From Chthoniobacterales bacterium (GTDB lineage: Bacteria; Verrucomicrobiota; Verrucomicrobiia; Chthoniobacterales; Chthoniobacteraceae), in NCBI GenBank assembly GCA_038207335.1, contig JBBQZX010000004.1, positions 170,064-234,063 on the forward strand: a DNA stretch of 64,000 bases, written 5' to 3'. This document shows positions 17,691-28,462 of the stretch, piece after piece. The notes under the pieces were generated by a model. That model made no database searches, was not told the DNA's origin, and saw only the letters and a program-made list of their open reading frames with translations. The position numbers were made by a program, and so were the translations under genes. Position 1 is the first letter of the stretch; every line of letters begins with the position of its first letter.

Positions 17691-19498
17691 AGCGCGCGGC
17701 GGTGGCGGCGGAGGCCGACGAGCATTCCCATGCCACTGAGGAGCGCGAGGAATGCGGAAGGCTCAGGCACGACGGTCAGCGTCAGGTCGTTTCCGGTGCC
17801 GCCGGTGTAGCTGGCGTGAAACGTATTTGTGCCGAAAGCAAAAGTGCTGTTGTTCGCGAGGTTTGCGAATGTGCCGGCGATCGGAGCCGCGCCGGTGTTG
17901 TCGATGACCGTGAAACTCAGGCCCGGAGTCAGCGTGCCGCTGCCGATGTCGCTGAAGGTGAACATTGCGCCCGAACTGAGGCTCACCGAGGGAGCTATGA
18001 GCGTGTCCGCAGTCCCCGCCGCGGAGTCGATGTTTAAAGTATAAGCCGCATCCGAGGCGAGACTCAGTGCGCCGGTGGTGAGCGTGCCGACCGTTGTCGC
18101 GGTGCCGGGCGCGATGCGCGCGCTCGAGCTTGCGCCGCTGCCGTCGCCGATGTTCACGGCATTCGCGAGCGAGCCGCCGCCGGCGAGCGTGGCGTTTTTC
18201 ACCGCGGTGCCGACGCTTGCGGAGATCGAGCCATTCACCACGAGCGTCCCCCCGTCCACGAACGTCGGGCCCGAATAGGTGCTCGTGCTCCCGACTGGGA
18301 GGGTCAGCGCGCCTGCGCCGAGTTTTCTCAGGCCGTCGTCCACCGGGCTGTCGCCGCCGATACCGGAATGCACGAGCGGTGCTGCTACCGTCACGTCGAA
18401 GCCATTCGTATCGATCCGCGCGCCGGAGTCGCGAACGTTGGCAGTCACGCCGGTCAGGGCGAGCGCCGTCCCGTTCGCACGCAGCGTTCCGCCGTTGAAA
18501 TTCACCACGCTCGCCTGGGTCTTCCCCACCTCGGTAATGGCATACGCCCCCGGGCCGACTGCCGTATTCGTCGCGAAAGTGCCACCATTCAGATTCAGCG
18601 TGCCGGAACCGCTTCCCAGATTGCCAAGCCGGAAACTCCCCGTTGCCACGCCGGTCGTGAGCAGCCCGGTTCCCGAGATCGTGATCGTCCCCACCGTGTT
18701 GGCTGTCGCCTGGTAGCCCGTCCCGACATTCACGTTACTCGTGGTCGTCAGCGTGCCGCCGGAGACATTCACAACTCCGCTATCGGCGCCTGCGGCTCCC
18801 ATAAAGAGCGTTTGCGTCGTATTGAACGTCCCAGCCGTCACGTTCAGCGTCGCCGATCCACCGTCGCCCACACCCGTGTAGCTCCCACCGGTAAAACTCG
18901 CCGCCCCGCTGCTGTTGAAGACCACGCCCCCTCTGAGCTGCAGCTTCGCCACCATCGTCGATGTCCCTGTGTAGTTCACCGTGCCACCGTTCACGATCAC
19001 CGCCAAGCCGCTACCGCCAGAAACTCCGCTTCCGATATTCAGCACGTTCCCCCGTCCCGATGTTCCAAGTCTGACTCGCACTGATCGTAAGCGTCTGGTT
19101 GATCGTCGTCGTCCCCGCCGAGAGCGCCGTCGTCGTGATCCCGCTGCCAAAGAGGAAGAAGTTATTCGTCGTCCCGCCAGCCAGCGTGTAGCCGCTCGCG
19201 GTGAAAATCAGCCCCAGCGCATTGTTGGCGTCGTCACCGTTACCGTCCCTGCCGTGCCGGCGAAAGTCGCGGTATTACTTTTCACGTTTGGCCAGACCAC
19301 ATCCCCCGCCACACCGGCGAGATGCCAAAAGCTCGAGGTCGTATTCCAATCCGCCGTCCCACCCGAGCCAGGATCGGTCCCGAGCTGAGTCGGATCCCAG
19401 AAGTAATTCGCCGCGCTGGCAAAAGGCGCGAGTGCAGGCAGAGCGACGGCGGCGAGGATGGACGTGGCGAGGATTGGGAGGCGGTTTTTGCGGGTCAT
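17687..19498 (-). pseudogene. PEP-CTERM surface protein with autotransporter-associated beta-strand repeats; two apparent frameshifts
   Basis: Signal peptide MTRKNRLPILATS..ANYFWD. A 1-nt deletion near 19230 leads to ANNALGLIFTASGYTL..SQTWNIGTG. An extra base in the C5 run at 19049-19053 leads to NVLNIGSG..LRKLGAGALTL..YSGPTFVDGGTL, ending VPEPS-TM-RRHRR. Confidence 0.8.
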
Positions 19499-19688
19499 AA
19501 TCAGGAGCTTAGAAGGGGATTCAAAAAACGGGGGAAAAGGACTTACTCGAACACTCGCGGCATTCAAGCAGCGGTTCCTGTAAAAAATTTAGTTCCCGGC
19601 TAGCGGTGGAGCAGTAACGCCCTTCCCCCCAATAGCGAAGAGAACGGCAAAGCGTTCACCTCAAGCGGTTAAGATAAACCGCCGGCAA

Positions 19689-22127
19689 CTAGGTGGCAGA
19701 GGAAGGCGAGAGATCTAGTTCGCGGATGGTGACGCTGTTTTCGGCGGGGCCGATGGGGAGGATTTGAGCGTCGGCGAGGTTGTTCAGAGCGTATCTCGTG
19801 GGGCCGATTGTCACGCTGCGGATGAGTTGGGCGACGATGCCGGTGCTTTCTCCGGGGGCGCCGGTAACGGTGCCGCGGATAGTGATGCTCGCGATTTTGG
19901 AGACGATGCCGGGGTCGTCGAAGCCGGGGGCGATTTCGTCGAGGGCGTTGCCAAAGCCCGCGTCGGCTCCGACAGCAACGCCTGCGACGATGCTGGATGC
20001 GGTCCAGTTGCCGTTCACTTTTATGCTGCCGATTTGGGCGTCGGGATTGGACGGTGTGCCGGTGAGGTCGTATCCGGCGAGAATGTTCGTGGCGCTCGCG
20101 TTTCCACGGACGGTGAGGCGCGCGAGCTTGATACCGACGGTGAGTTCCGAGTCGGTGAGGTCGTGGGTAAAGGTGAGCGCGTTGGCGGTATCGGCGACGC
20201 GTAAGGTGGTGCCGTTGGCGTTGCCGCCCACGGTGAATGTCTTGAGTTTCCCTCCGATGAGAATCGTGGAGCCGATGCTGGCGTCGCCGAGGATGCGGAG
20301 GGTGCCTGCGTCGCCGTCGCTGAGGAGTCCGTCGCCAGTGCGGATGGTTCCGCCGCTGAGCGCGCCGAGTGTGAGTTTCGCGATGCCGCCGTCGGCGGTG
20401 ATCGCGCCGCTGCCGATGCCCGCCCCTGCGCCGAGATGGCCGGAGATGCTGATGTTTCCAAGGTCCCCGACGAATTCGCCCGTCTCGTCGATGCGGTCGA
20501 AGGCCGAGACCGTGCCGCCCCGGTTGCCGTCGCCGCCCTGAACGTTGCCGGTGATTTCCACCTTTCCGATCTTCCCGAGCGCGGAGACTGCGCCGCTGAA
20601 AAGTCCGCCGCCGCCCGCGAGCGCATCGAGCGCCGTGGTGGCACTGCCGCCGATCGTGACGCTGCCGAGCGAGCCGCCGGAAATCACTGCGCCGGAGTTG
20701 CCGCCCATACCGCCCTCGACGTGGCCGAGCACGGTGATCGAGCCGAAGCCGCCGGCTTGCAACGGATCGAGTCCGCTCCGAACGAGGCCGCTCTGCTGAC
20801 CATCGGAGCCGGTGAGGTCGCCGCGAATAAGGACGCTTTTCACCGCTCCTTGCGCGAGGATCGAGCCGGAGCCATCCCCCACCCCGCCCTCGACGCTGCC
20901 GATGATCTCGATCTTACCGATGTCGCGCCCGCTTTCGATCGAACCGGTCTGGGCGAAAGAGCCGCCGAAGATGTTTCCCAGCACCTTCACATCGGGCAGG
21001 CCATCCGCGAAAATCCCGCCGGAGCGCGCACCCGCGTTTGGAGTGGTGCCGTCGATATCACCGGTCAGGCGCACTTTTGCGATCGATCCGATCGCGCTCA
21101 CGAAGCCGCTCCGCGGCCCCACACCAGCCACGATGTCCTCGCCGACTGTCAGCGACGAAATGTTTCCGAATGCCCGGAGCGTCCCCGAGTTTTCCCCGAT
21201 GCCGCCCGCGACGTCGCCGCCGATCTTCACGGCGCCGACATTTCCGCGGCTCATGATGGTACCGCTGTTCGTACCATCGGCGCCAGCGAGCCCGCCGGAA
21301 ATATCCACGCTCGCGATTCCCGCAGCCGCGCTGATCCTCCCGGAATTCGCGCCGCCGCCGCCCATCACGCTTCCGCCAATCACGATCGCGCCGATGCCGC
21401 GTTCGCTGGTGATTTCTCCCGTGTCGTCACTCGCCGCCTCCACCGCCGTGCGGCCGACGAGCGAGCCGCCGATTGCGAGCGAGCCGAGCTTTGCGGCGGT
21501 CGTCACCTGGCCTTGGCTATTCTTACCGTCGATGACCCGGACGCGCGCGTCCTTCACGTCCGCGATCACTTTCAAAAAACTCAATTCCCCAGTGATCGTG
21601 CTTACGAGATCCGGAGCGGGATTCGTGGCGGTCGGCTCAGCCACTTGGATTTGTGTGGAAGTCCCGAGTTGCCCGATAGATTGCACCGTAAGCCCTGCAA
21701 GCCCGATTTTCAGCGCCGCACCGCCTGCATCGACCTGCCCGAGGTCGCCGTCGATTACGATCTTCCCGAGCGAAACTCCCACGCCGGAAATCGCGCCGAC
21801 ATTTGCGAAACCATTGGCCATGCCCACTTGCTCCGCGATGATCGTAAGCCCCACGCCATCCACCGTGCTGCCTTTGCTCGCGATCACCGGGAATTTCGTG
21901 AAGTCGATCAACTGCAACTGCTGCGGTGTCGTCGAGTCAGTCCCCACATCGCCCATGTCGAATTTGAACACTTCGTTCGCCTTCGCGAGCTGCGCCGCCG
22001 CGTCGCCGGTGAAGACGTTCTTTGAAAATGTGACTGTCACGAGGTCGCCGTCCGTGTCGGTATAGATGAGCTTTCCCGCGCCGATGAGAGCCGCCGGGGC
22101 AATGCGATGCTCGAGGATTTCGATCAT
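19689..22127 (-). CDS. Large Gly-rich beta-helical extracellular protein with N-terminal LEPR-XLL-like (Planctomycete extracellular) motif
   Basis: Begins MIEILEHRIAPA; about 30-aa Gly-rich repeats (I.G...GG.G..SG.I); no classical signal peptide. Confidence 0.75.
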   Translation of the reverse strand: MIEILEHRIAPAALIGAGKLIYTDTDGDLVTVTFSKNVFTGDAAAQLAKANEVFKFDMGDVGTDSTTPQQLQLIDFTKFPVIASKGSTVDGVGLTIIAEQVGMANGFANVGAISGVGVSLGKIVIDGDLGQVDAGGAALKIGLAGLTVQSIGQLGTSTQIQVAEPTATNPAPDLVSTITGELSFLKVIADVKDARVRVIDGKNSQGQVTTAAKLGSLAIGGSLVGRTAVEAASDDTGEITSERGIGAIVIGGSVMGGGGANSGRISAAAGIASVDISGGLAGADGTNSGTIMSRGNVGAVKIGGDVAGGIGENSGTLRAFGNISSLTVGEDIVAGVGPRSGFVSAIGSIAKVRLTGDIDGTTPNAGARSGGIFADGLPDVKVLGNIFGGSFAQTGSIESGRDIGKIEIIGSVEGGVGDGSGSILAQGAVKSVLIRGDLTGSDGQQSGLVRSGLDPLQAGGFGSITVLGHVEGGMGGNSGAVISGGSLGSVTIGGSATTALDALAGGGGLFSGAVSALGKIGKVEITGNVQGGDGNRGGTVSAFDRIDETGEFVGDLGNISISGHLGAGAGIGSGAITADGGIAKLTLGALSGGTIRTGDGLLSDGDAGTLRILGDASIGSTILIGGKLKTFTVGGNANGTTLRVADTANALTFTHDLTDSELTVGIKLARLTVRGNASATNILAGYDLTGTPSNPDAQIGSIKVNGNWTASSIVAGVAVGADAGFGNALDEIAPGFDDPGIVSKIASITIRGTVTGAPGESTGIVAQLIRSVTIGPTRYALNNLADAQILPIGPAENSVTIRELDLSPSSAT

Positions 22128-24832
22128 GGCGCGGCTTGGATGTCGTCGTTCACCACGCTGACCTCGCCGCCGACGAGTCCGTTGAAAAGCGGGTCGGCGC
22201 TCACTGCGGCTTTTAGCGTGATTTTGTAGTTCTTGTTGCCGTCGGCCACGTTGTCGTCCACGCCGGTCACGGTCACTGTTTGCGGCACGTTCCAGTTCGC
22301 CGCCGTGAAGACCAGCGAGGCTGGCGACACCGTCCCCTCGGTCGTCAGCGTGCTCTCGAGAGGGATCGTCACCGAGTCGTTCGCGGGCTCGCCGTCGGCC
22401 GCAGTGCTCACTGGTGGCGTGTCGAGCACCACGGTGAAAGTCGCGGTTCCGCCGGCTTCAGTGGTGTGCAGTCCGCTCGTCGCCGAGAGCACAATCGAGG
22501 GCGGCAGCGGGCCCGTAGCGAGCACCTTCGCAGTGCCATCCGCATCTGCGATCGGGTCGCTGTAAACGGCTTCGCTCAGCAGGTATTTGCGTCCGCCGCT
22601 CTGGCCTTTCGGGAGCGTGATCGCGAAGTTTCCGTTGCCGCCTGCGCCCGCCGGAAATGGGATGATATTCAACTCCGGCCCGCCATTGATCAGCAGCGGC
22701 ACATCCTTGCCTGGCCCGGTCGTATTTAAGATCGGATCGGTTGACAGCCAGAACCGCAGCTTCGAGGTCGGGAGCTGCACGTTCCCCGAATTGATGATCA
22801 CGAAAACCCCGTTGTAGATAACTTTGTAATTCGGGCCCGGCACCCCAACCGCCGATTTCGCCGGGCCGCTATTCCACGCGATCGTCAGCTTCGGGTGCGG
22901 GAACGGCGGCAGATGCGGCGCCGCCTTGAACTCCGGCGTCACCGTCGCCCACGCCACCGCCTCGTTGGTCACCGCTTCGTTCTTCTTGCGAATGTGAACC
23001 CGCATCGAAAACCGCTCGCTATCCTTGTATCCGTGCGTCCCACGCACCACAAATTTCCCGCTAACCCGGTCGCGTTTGATCGTTCCTGCCGACACGCCAC
23101 CATCGCCCCAGTCGATCTGCACTGCGTATCCCGACGCAGTCGCCGGTGGCGTATCGGTAAAAGTCGCGACCATCCGGTTCACGACTCGTGAGTTGTTCAC
23201 CGCTAGCGTCTCGCCCACCGCGTGAATCGCCGCCGCCGTCACCGTCGCCGTACTGTGCGCCGTCGCCCGCGCGCCATTGTTCCCGAGAAAATCCACCACC
23301 ACAGGATACGTCCCCGCCCGCACATAAGTGTGCCCACCCACCGCCACGTAGCTGTTCGAGCCCGGCTTCGTCTGGTCGCGTCCCACCGGTGCCGCGTCGA
23401 TCGGCGTCCCGTCGCCCCAGTTGATCTTCGCTGTAAAATTCCCCGGCGCGCCCCCCGCGTCCACGTCCGCGACCTTCCCCACCACCGTCGCCGAAAACGC
23501 CACGCCCGGCTCCGCCACAATCGCCACCGGCTCCGCTCGGGCCGCGCGATCCCCCGCCGCGATATACGCATTCGTGTAATCCGAAATCGCCTCGAACCCG
23601 CCCCGCGACACATCGAACTGCCGGATGCTGAACCCCTCATTGATGAGCCCTGCATACCCCGGATTCGGCTGCACCTGCGCCACCCGCCCGTTCTGCGCCA
23701 GCAGCGATCCCTTTGGGCCGAGCGACGCCGAGAGCGGCAGCAGCGAGTGCTGAATATCAAGATAATCGAACTCCAAATCCACCGCCTCCAGCCCGAACAC
23801 CGCAGGAGTATCCGTCAGCGTCGTGTGTGTCTCCATCCGGCGCAGGAAAGGGTTGCAGTTCGACTCATCCGGCGCCGCCGTCACCAGAAACCGCTTCACC
23901 GCGCTCGCCCCCGTCGAATCCGTCACTTTCACCGTGATCGTTGACGCCCCCACCCCTTTCGCGCTCAGCACCAGCACCGCATCCGTCTCATTCGGCAGCA
24001 GCGTCGCCGACGTGATTTTCACCTGCGAGTTCGGTGCCGAATTCGTCGTTGGTGTCGTCCGCAGCTTCGGCAGCAAATCCCACCCGCGCAGCAGTTGCCC
24101 GAAGATATTGTGCTTAAAATCGAGATGCCGCGGCTTCCCATCCGTGATGAAAAACTGCGACCCATTCGTATCCAGATAATCCGGCACGATCAGTGTCCCA
24201 CCGCCGCCCAGCGCATACCCTGTCTGAGTTCCCGCATTCGCCATCGCGAGCTGCCCGCGTCCTGAGAAAATCGTCCCATTGCTGAACTCATTCTGAAACT
24301 TCCACGACGTGGACGAATCGCCATCCACTATCCCCGGCCCGCCGCCACCCGTCCCCAGCGGATCGCCGCCTTGGAAAATAAACCCGGTCGTCCCCAACCC
24401 GCCTCCGAGGTCCGTGATCCGGTGAAAAATCACATTATCGTAAAACCCCGACTGCGCCATCCCGCCCACGAATCCTGCCGTGATCGGCAGCCAGTCGCGA
24501 AACAGCATAAAATCCATCGTCCCCGAATAAGCCGCGTCCGTATCCCCGTTGCCCGCGTGCGTCACCACCAGACGCAGCGTCGGATTCCCCGTCTTCGCCC
24601 GCACGAGGATTTTCGGATTCGAGCTGCTCACTTTATAGGAAAGCGCCCCGCCATCCGGGTCCGATGCCGTGAGCGGCATCAAGAGCGTCTTCCCCACCGG
24701 GATCACCGGCGCGACTTTAGGAATCTGCGTCGGCCCCTCTGAAAGCGGATCATCCAGAACAGGTGGCGCGCCGAACACTCCCAGCGGGAGCGCGCAGCAG
24801 AGTAAAAAGCTGATTTTCACGAGAAATCGCAT
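22124..24832 (-). CDS. Secreted cyclophilin-type peptidyl-prolyl isomerase with Ig/PKD-like and Calx-beta-like domains
   Basis: FHRI, FIFQGGDP, LAMANAG, TNGSQFFIT and HNIFGQ cyclophilin motifs; INWGDG/IDWGDG PKD-like repeats; FT..NWNVPQTVTVTGVDD tail. Start at MRFLVKISFLL. Confidence 0.85.
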   Translation of the reverse strand: MRFLVKISFLLCCALPLGVFGAPPVLDDPLSEGPTQIPKVAPVIPVGKTLLMPLTASDPDGGALSYKVSSSNPKILVRAKTGNPTLRLVVTHAGNGDTDAAYSGTMDFMLFRDWLPITAGFVGGMAQSGFYDNVIFHRITDLGGGLGTTGFIFQGGDPLGTGGGGPGIVDGDSSTSWKFQNEFSNGTIFSGRGQLAMANAGTQTGYALGGGGTLIVPDYLDTNGSQFFITDGKPRHLDFKHNIFGQLLRGWDLLPKLRTTPTTNSAPNSQVKITSATLLPNETDAVLVLSAKGVGASTITVKVTDSTGASAVKRFLVTAAPDESNCNPFLRRMETHTTLTDTPAVFGLEAVDLEFDYLDIQHSLLPLSASLGPKGSLLAQNGRVAQVQPNPGYAGLINEGFSIRQFDVSRGGFEAISDYTNAYIAAGDRAARAEPVAIVAEPGVAFSATVVGKVADVDAGGAPGNFTAKINWGDGTPIDAAPVGRDQTKPGSNSYVAVGGHTYVRAGTYPVVVDFLGNNGARATAHSTATVTAAAIHAVGETLAVNNSRVVNRMVATFTDTPPATASGYAVQIDWGDGGVSAGTIKRDRVSGKFVVRGTHGYKDSERFSMRVHIRKKNEAVTNEAVAWATVTPEFKAAPHLPPFPHPKLTIAWNSGPAKSAVGVPGPNYKVIYNGVFVIINSGNVQLPTSKLRFWLSTDPILNTTGPGKDVPLLINGGPELNIIPFPAGAGGNGNFAITLPKGQSGGRKYLLSEAVYSDPIADADGTAKVLATGPLPPSIVLSATSGLHTTEAGGTATFTVVLDTPPVSTAADGEPANDSVTIPLESTLTTEGTVSPASLVFTAANWNVPQTVTVTGVDDNVADGNKNYKITLKAAVSADPLFNGLVGGEVSVVNDDIQAAP

Positions 24833-24985
24833 GAGGAAAACCGCTGCAACCGCCCAATAGCGACCAGCGGCGCGCAATCTTCCCCGACTCTGTAATCGTG
24901 CAAGCCAAAAACCAAAATTACCCTAAACTTTGGCCTGCAAACGCGCTCGGCAACGCGCCACCCGCCGCTATCCTCGACGCCACGC

Positions 24986-25924
24986 ATGAAACTCATTCCC
25001 GCCGCCCTCCTCTGCGCTTTTTTCATCACGCCCGCACTCCGCGCCGAACAAACCGGCACTCCGCGCCGCGTTCTCGCCGCCGACGACTCCACCCATCACC
25101 TCGCCATCATTGCCGCCGACGGCACCGTCGAATGGGAAACCAAAACCGGCCCCATCCACGACGCGCAACTCCTTCTCGGAGGCAACATCCTCCTCCAGCA
25201 AGACTGGACGCACGTCGTCGAACTCACCCCCAGCCACACCGTCGCGTGGGAATATGACGCCGCAAAAAACAACGGCAACGAAGGCAAAAAGGTCGAGGTC
25301 CACTCCTTCCAGCGCCTCGAAGACGGTACCACGCTCATCGCCGAATCCGGCCCCGCACGTCTGATCGAAGTCGAAAAGGACGGCAGTCTCCTTCGCGAAA
25401 TTCCCCTCCATATCGATCACCCCAGCACTCACAGCGGCACGCGTCTCGTTCGCAAACTTCCCAGTGGCAATTACCTCGTCGCCCACGAGAGCGACGGCTG
25501 CGTCCGCGAATACGACCCCACCGGAGCCATCGTCTGGCAATACGACGTCCCGCTTTTCGACCGCGAACCGAAACCTGGCCACGGCCCCGAAGCCTTTGGC
25601 AACGCCGTCTTCAGCGCGATTCGCCTCCCCGGCGGCAATACCCTCATCGGCACCGGCAACGGCCACTCCGTGCTCGAAGTCACCCCCGACAAGCAGATCG
25701 TCTGGAAAGTGGCGCAAAACGATCTCCCCGGCATCACTCTCGCATGGGTCACTCGCGTCGCCCGCCTTCCCAACGGCAACACGCTGATCGGCAACTGCCA
25801 CGCCGGCCCCGGACAGCCGCAATTCCTCGAAATTACTCCAGACAAAAAAGTCGTCTGGACTTTCAAAGACTTCACCCACTTCGGAGACTCCACCCCCGTC
25901 CAAATCGCACTCGGCGAAAAGTAG
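24986..25924 (+). CDS. Secreted beta-propeller repeat protein
   Basis: Signal peptide; repeated RL.NGNTLI and V.E..P.K.IVW blades. Confidence 0.8.
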   Translation: MKLIPAALLCAFFITPALRAEQTGTPRRVLAADDSTHHLAIIAADGTVEWETKTGPIHDAQLLLGGNILLQQDWTHVVELTPSHTVAWEYDAAKNNGNEGKKVEVHSFQRLEDGTTLIAESGPARLIEVEKDGSLLREIPLHIDHPSTHSGTRLVRKLPSGNYLVAHESDGCVREYDPTGAIVWQYDVPLFDREPKPGHGPEAFGNAVFSAIRLPGGNTLIGTGNGHSVLEVTPDKQIVWKVAQNDLPGITLAWVTRVARLPNGNTLIGNCHAGPGQPQFLEITPDKKVVWTFKDFTHFGDSTPVQIALGEK

Positions 25925-25930
25925 CACGCT

Positions 25931-25952
25931 GTAGCCGGGATCGCCGATCCCG
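25931..25952 (+). repeat. REP-like palindrome (GTAGCCGGGATCGCCGATCCCG), copy 2
   Basis: GTAG followed by a GC hairpin just after a stop codon; matches 17668-17690. Confidence 0.6.
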
Positions 25953-26021
25953 TCTGCCGGGTCGTCCGGAGCGCGGGGTTCGACCACAGTCGTCACGCGA
26001 GAAACGCACCCCCGCCGAATC

Positions 26022-26050
26022 TTGCTCCGCGGAAAGCCGGATGGTAACCT
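26022..26050 (+). promoter_or_regulatory. Putative sigma70 promoter of the kinase gene
   Basis: TTGCTC-N17-TAACCT with extended TG, 9 nt before ATG 26060. Confidence 0.4.
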
Positions 26051-26059
26051 CCCCGCCGC

Positions 26060-28462
26060 ATGTCCGATCCCACCGATCCCCTCCTCCAAACCTGCCCGAG
26101 TTGCGGCTCGCTCATCGACGTTTCCGACGAAGAGCCCTTTGCCCTCATGCACTGCCCGACTTGCGGCACCGGGATGCGGGTGCGGCGTTCGTTCGATCAC
26201 TTCGAACTTCAGGAAGTGCTCGGCGCAGGCGGAATGGGCGCGGTTTATCGCGCCCTCGACACGAATCTGAACCGGATGGTCGCGCTGAAATTGCTTCGCA
26301 AGGAATTCTCGGCAGACCCGGATTTCGTTGCACAATTTCAGACCGAGGCGGCGACGACGGCGTCGATCAATCACCCGAATATTGTGAAGGTTTATTCGAG
26401 CGGCGAAGATCACGGACTGCTCTACATCGCGATGGAACTCGTGGACAAAGGCTCGCTCGACGATTTGATGGAACTGCAAAAACGCGTGCCGGAGACGCAG
26501 GTGCTGGAGGTGGGAATCCAGATCGCGCGCGGGCTGAATGCGGCGCTACAAGCAGGGCTGATTCATCGCGACATCAAGCCCGGCAACATTCTTTTCTCCG
26601 GGCCGCACGCGGCGAAGATCGTGGATTTCGGCCTCGCGGCGCTGGTCGCGGAAGCCGGGACGGTCGGCGGCGAGGTGTGGGGCACGCCCTATTACGTGGC
26701 GCCGGAGAAGCTGGACAATCAGCCCGAGGATGCGCGGAGCGATATTTACTCTCTCGGCGCGACGCTTTTTCACGCACTCGCGGGACGTCCGCCTTTCGAG
26801 GCGGAGACGGCCTCGATGGTGGCGCTGAAGCATGTGAAGAGCCAGGTAGTCAGCCTCCAGGCATTCGCGCCGGACGTGTCGAGCACGACGGCTTACGTCA
26901 TCAACAAGACGCTGCTGAAAGACCCGGAAGCGCGCTACCAGAGCTACGAAGAGCTGATCGAACATCTGGAATTCGCGCGCAATGAACTCGCGGCGAAAAC
27001 CGCCGTTCCGCAACTGCAACGAAAGCCAGTGCGCGTAGTGATGCAGACGGAGAGCCAGGGGACGGCGATGACGTGGATCACGCTCGTTCTGCTGGCGGCC
27101 ATCGCCTTCGCGGGATACGCCTTTTATAAATGGCGCCCGAAGCCGCACGTGGCGGAAGAAGGCGGCAGCGCGACGGTGGAGCAGACGATCGCCGCGGTGG
27201 CTGCGGCCAAGCCGGGCTTCGAGGATGCGCGGACGAAAATCCTGACCGGCAAATACAAGGAAGCCGCCGAGGAACTCGGGAAGCTCGAGGAGACACCGAA
27301 CCTCCCGCAGCCGCTCAAGAACTGGATCACGATGCACCAGGGGCTCGCATATCTTTTCACCGGAAAAGATCTGCTTGCTCGGAAGGCGTTCGCGCGAATC
27401 GAAGAGCGCGGGCCTTTCACGAAAGATCCGAACGAGGTGAAACTCGCGGACTTTTTCATGCGCTCCGCGAAGCTGCTGCGGAGCGAGGAGCTCGTCGATC
27501 CGTCGGAAGCCGCGAACTTCGAGAAGAAGAATTATCAAGCCTTTGCGCTGCTGCTGATGGGGCTGAAAGACTGGAACCTGGAGAAGCCCGAAGAGGCTGG
27601 GCAACTCTTCCGGCAGTTCACGTCCTCGTGGCCGGATGCGCCCCCGCTTTGGATCGGAAGCGAAAAACAGATCGAGCGGCTGAAGGAAGTCGCGAACAGT
27701 TACGTGCGCGATTCCAGCGCGTATCGCATGGCGAATGAGGCCATCAAATCGGCGTCCACTATGGAGGAGAAGGTCGCGGCGCTGAAGTCGGCGAAGGAGG
27801 CACGCAAGGAGATGAAACTGGTGACGAAGTTTTCCAACGAGCTGGACGAGAGCATCGCGGAGTTCGAACCGACGGTCACCGCGCTGCTCGATGCGAAGGC
27901 AAAGATGGATGCTGAGAACGCCGCGGCCGATGCGAAGAACATGCCGGAGGCGAAAAAGAAGCGCGCTGACTTGATAGCGCAATATCGGTTCAACGAGGCG
28001 AAATTTGCGATGATGTCGGTAAGCATCAACAGCGAGGAGGGCAAGGACGCGCAGGAGATTCTCGGCAAGAAAACGGCGTGGCTTGCGAACTTCAAATCGC
28101 AACTCATCGGCGACATCAACACGCTCGGATACCCGAATCCGCTCACGAAGCGGGCTGGGCCGCCGGTCGCGGGCGGGGTAGTGCGCGCGGATGAGGAGAA
28201 GCTTTACGTGAAGTCGCAGTTCGGCTTCCTGCCGACGGCGTGGACGGACCTCGCGCCGGAGGAGGTCGTGAAAATCGCGGAGTTTTACATCCGGCCATCG
28301 CTCACGCCGGAACTCGCAGCGACGAAGAAGTGGCATCTCGGCGTCTTCGAGTTAGAATTCGGAAAGCCCGACGAAGGCCGCAAGCTGCTCGCCGAGGCTG
28401 CGCAACTGAACGGCATCTATAACGACGAACTGCCGCTCTTCGCGAAAGACGCCGGCAAATGA
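26060..28462 (+). CDS. Membrane Ser/Thr protein kinase with N-terminal zinc ribbon and helical/TPR-like ectodomain
   Basis: CPSC..CPTC; LGAGGMG, VALK, HRDIKPGN, DFG, GTPYYVAPE; TM WITLVLLAAIAFAGYAFY. Confidence 0.9.
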   Translation: MSDPTDPLLQTCPSCGSLIDVSDEEPFALMHCPTCGTGMRVRRSFDHFELQEVLGAGGMGAVYRALDTNLNRMVALKLLRKEFSADPDFVAQFQTEAATTASINHPNIVKVYSSGEDHGLLYIAMELVDKGSLDDLMELQKRVPETQVLEVGIQIARGLNAALQAGLIHRDIKPGNILFSGPHAAKIVDFGLAALVAEAGTVGGEVWGTPYYVAPEKLDNQPEDARSDIYSLGATLFHALAGRPPFEAETASMVALKHVKSQVVSLQAFAPDVSSTTAYVINKTLLKDPEARYQSYEELIEHLEFARNELAAKTAVPQLQRKPVRVVMQTESQGTAMTWITLVLLAAIAFAGYAFYKWRPKPHVAEEGGSATVEQTIAAVAAAKPGFEDARTKILTGKYKEAAEELGKLEETPNLPQPLKNWITMHQGLAYLFTGKDLLARKAFARIEERGPFTKDPNEVKLADFFMRSAKLLRSEELVDPSEAANFEKKNYQAFALLLMGLKDWNLEKPEEAGQLFRQFTSSWPDAPPLWIGSEKQIERLKEVANSYVRDSSAYRMANEAIKSASTMEEKVAALKSAKEARKEMKLVTKFSNELDESIAEFEPTVTALLDAKAKMDAENAAADAKNMPEAKKKRADLIAQYRFNEAKFAMMSVSINSEEGKDAQEILGKKTAWLANFKSQLIGDINTLGYPNPLTKRAGPPVAGGVVRADEEKLYVKSQFGFLPTAWTDLAPEEVVKIAEFYIRPSLTPELAATKKWHLGVFELEFGKPDEGRKLLAEAAQLNGIYNDELPLFAKDAGK

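Noticed and set aside
19049..19053. Phase-variable homopolymer in the PEP-CTERM gene
   Set aside because: The run is only 5 nt, and a second, non-homopolymer indel upstream already breaks the frame.
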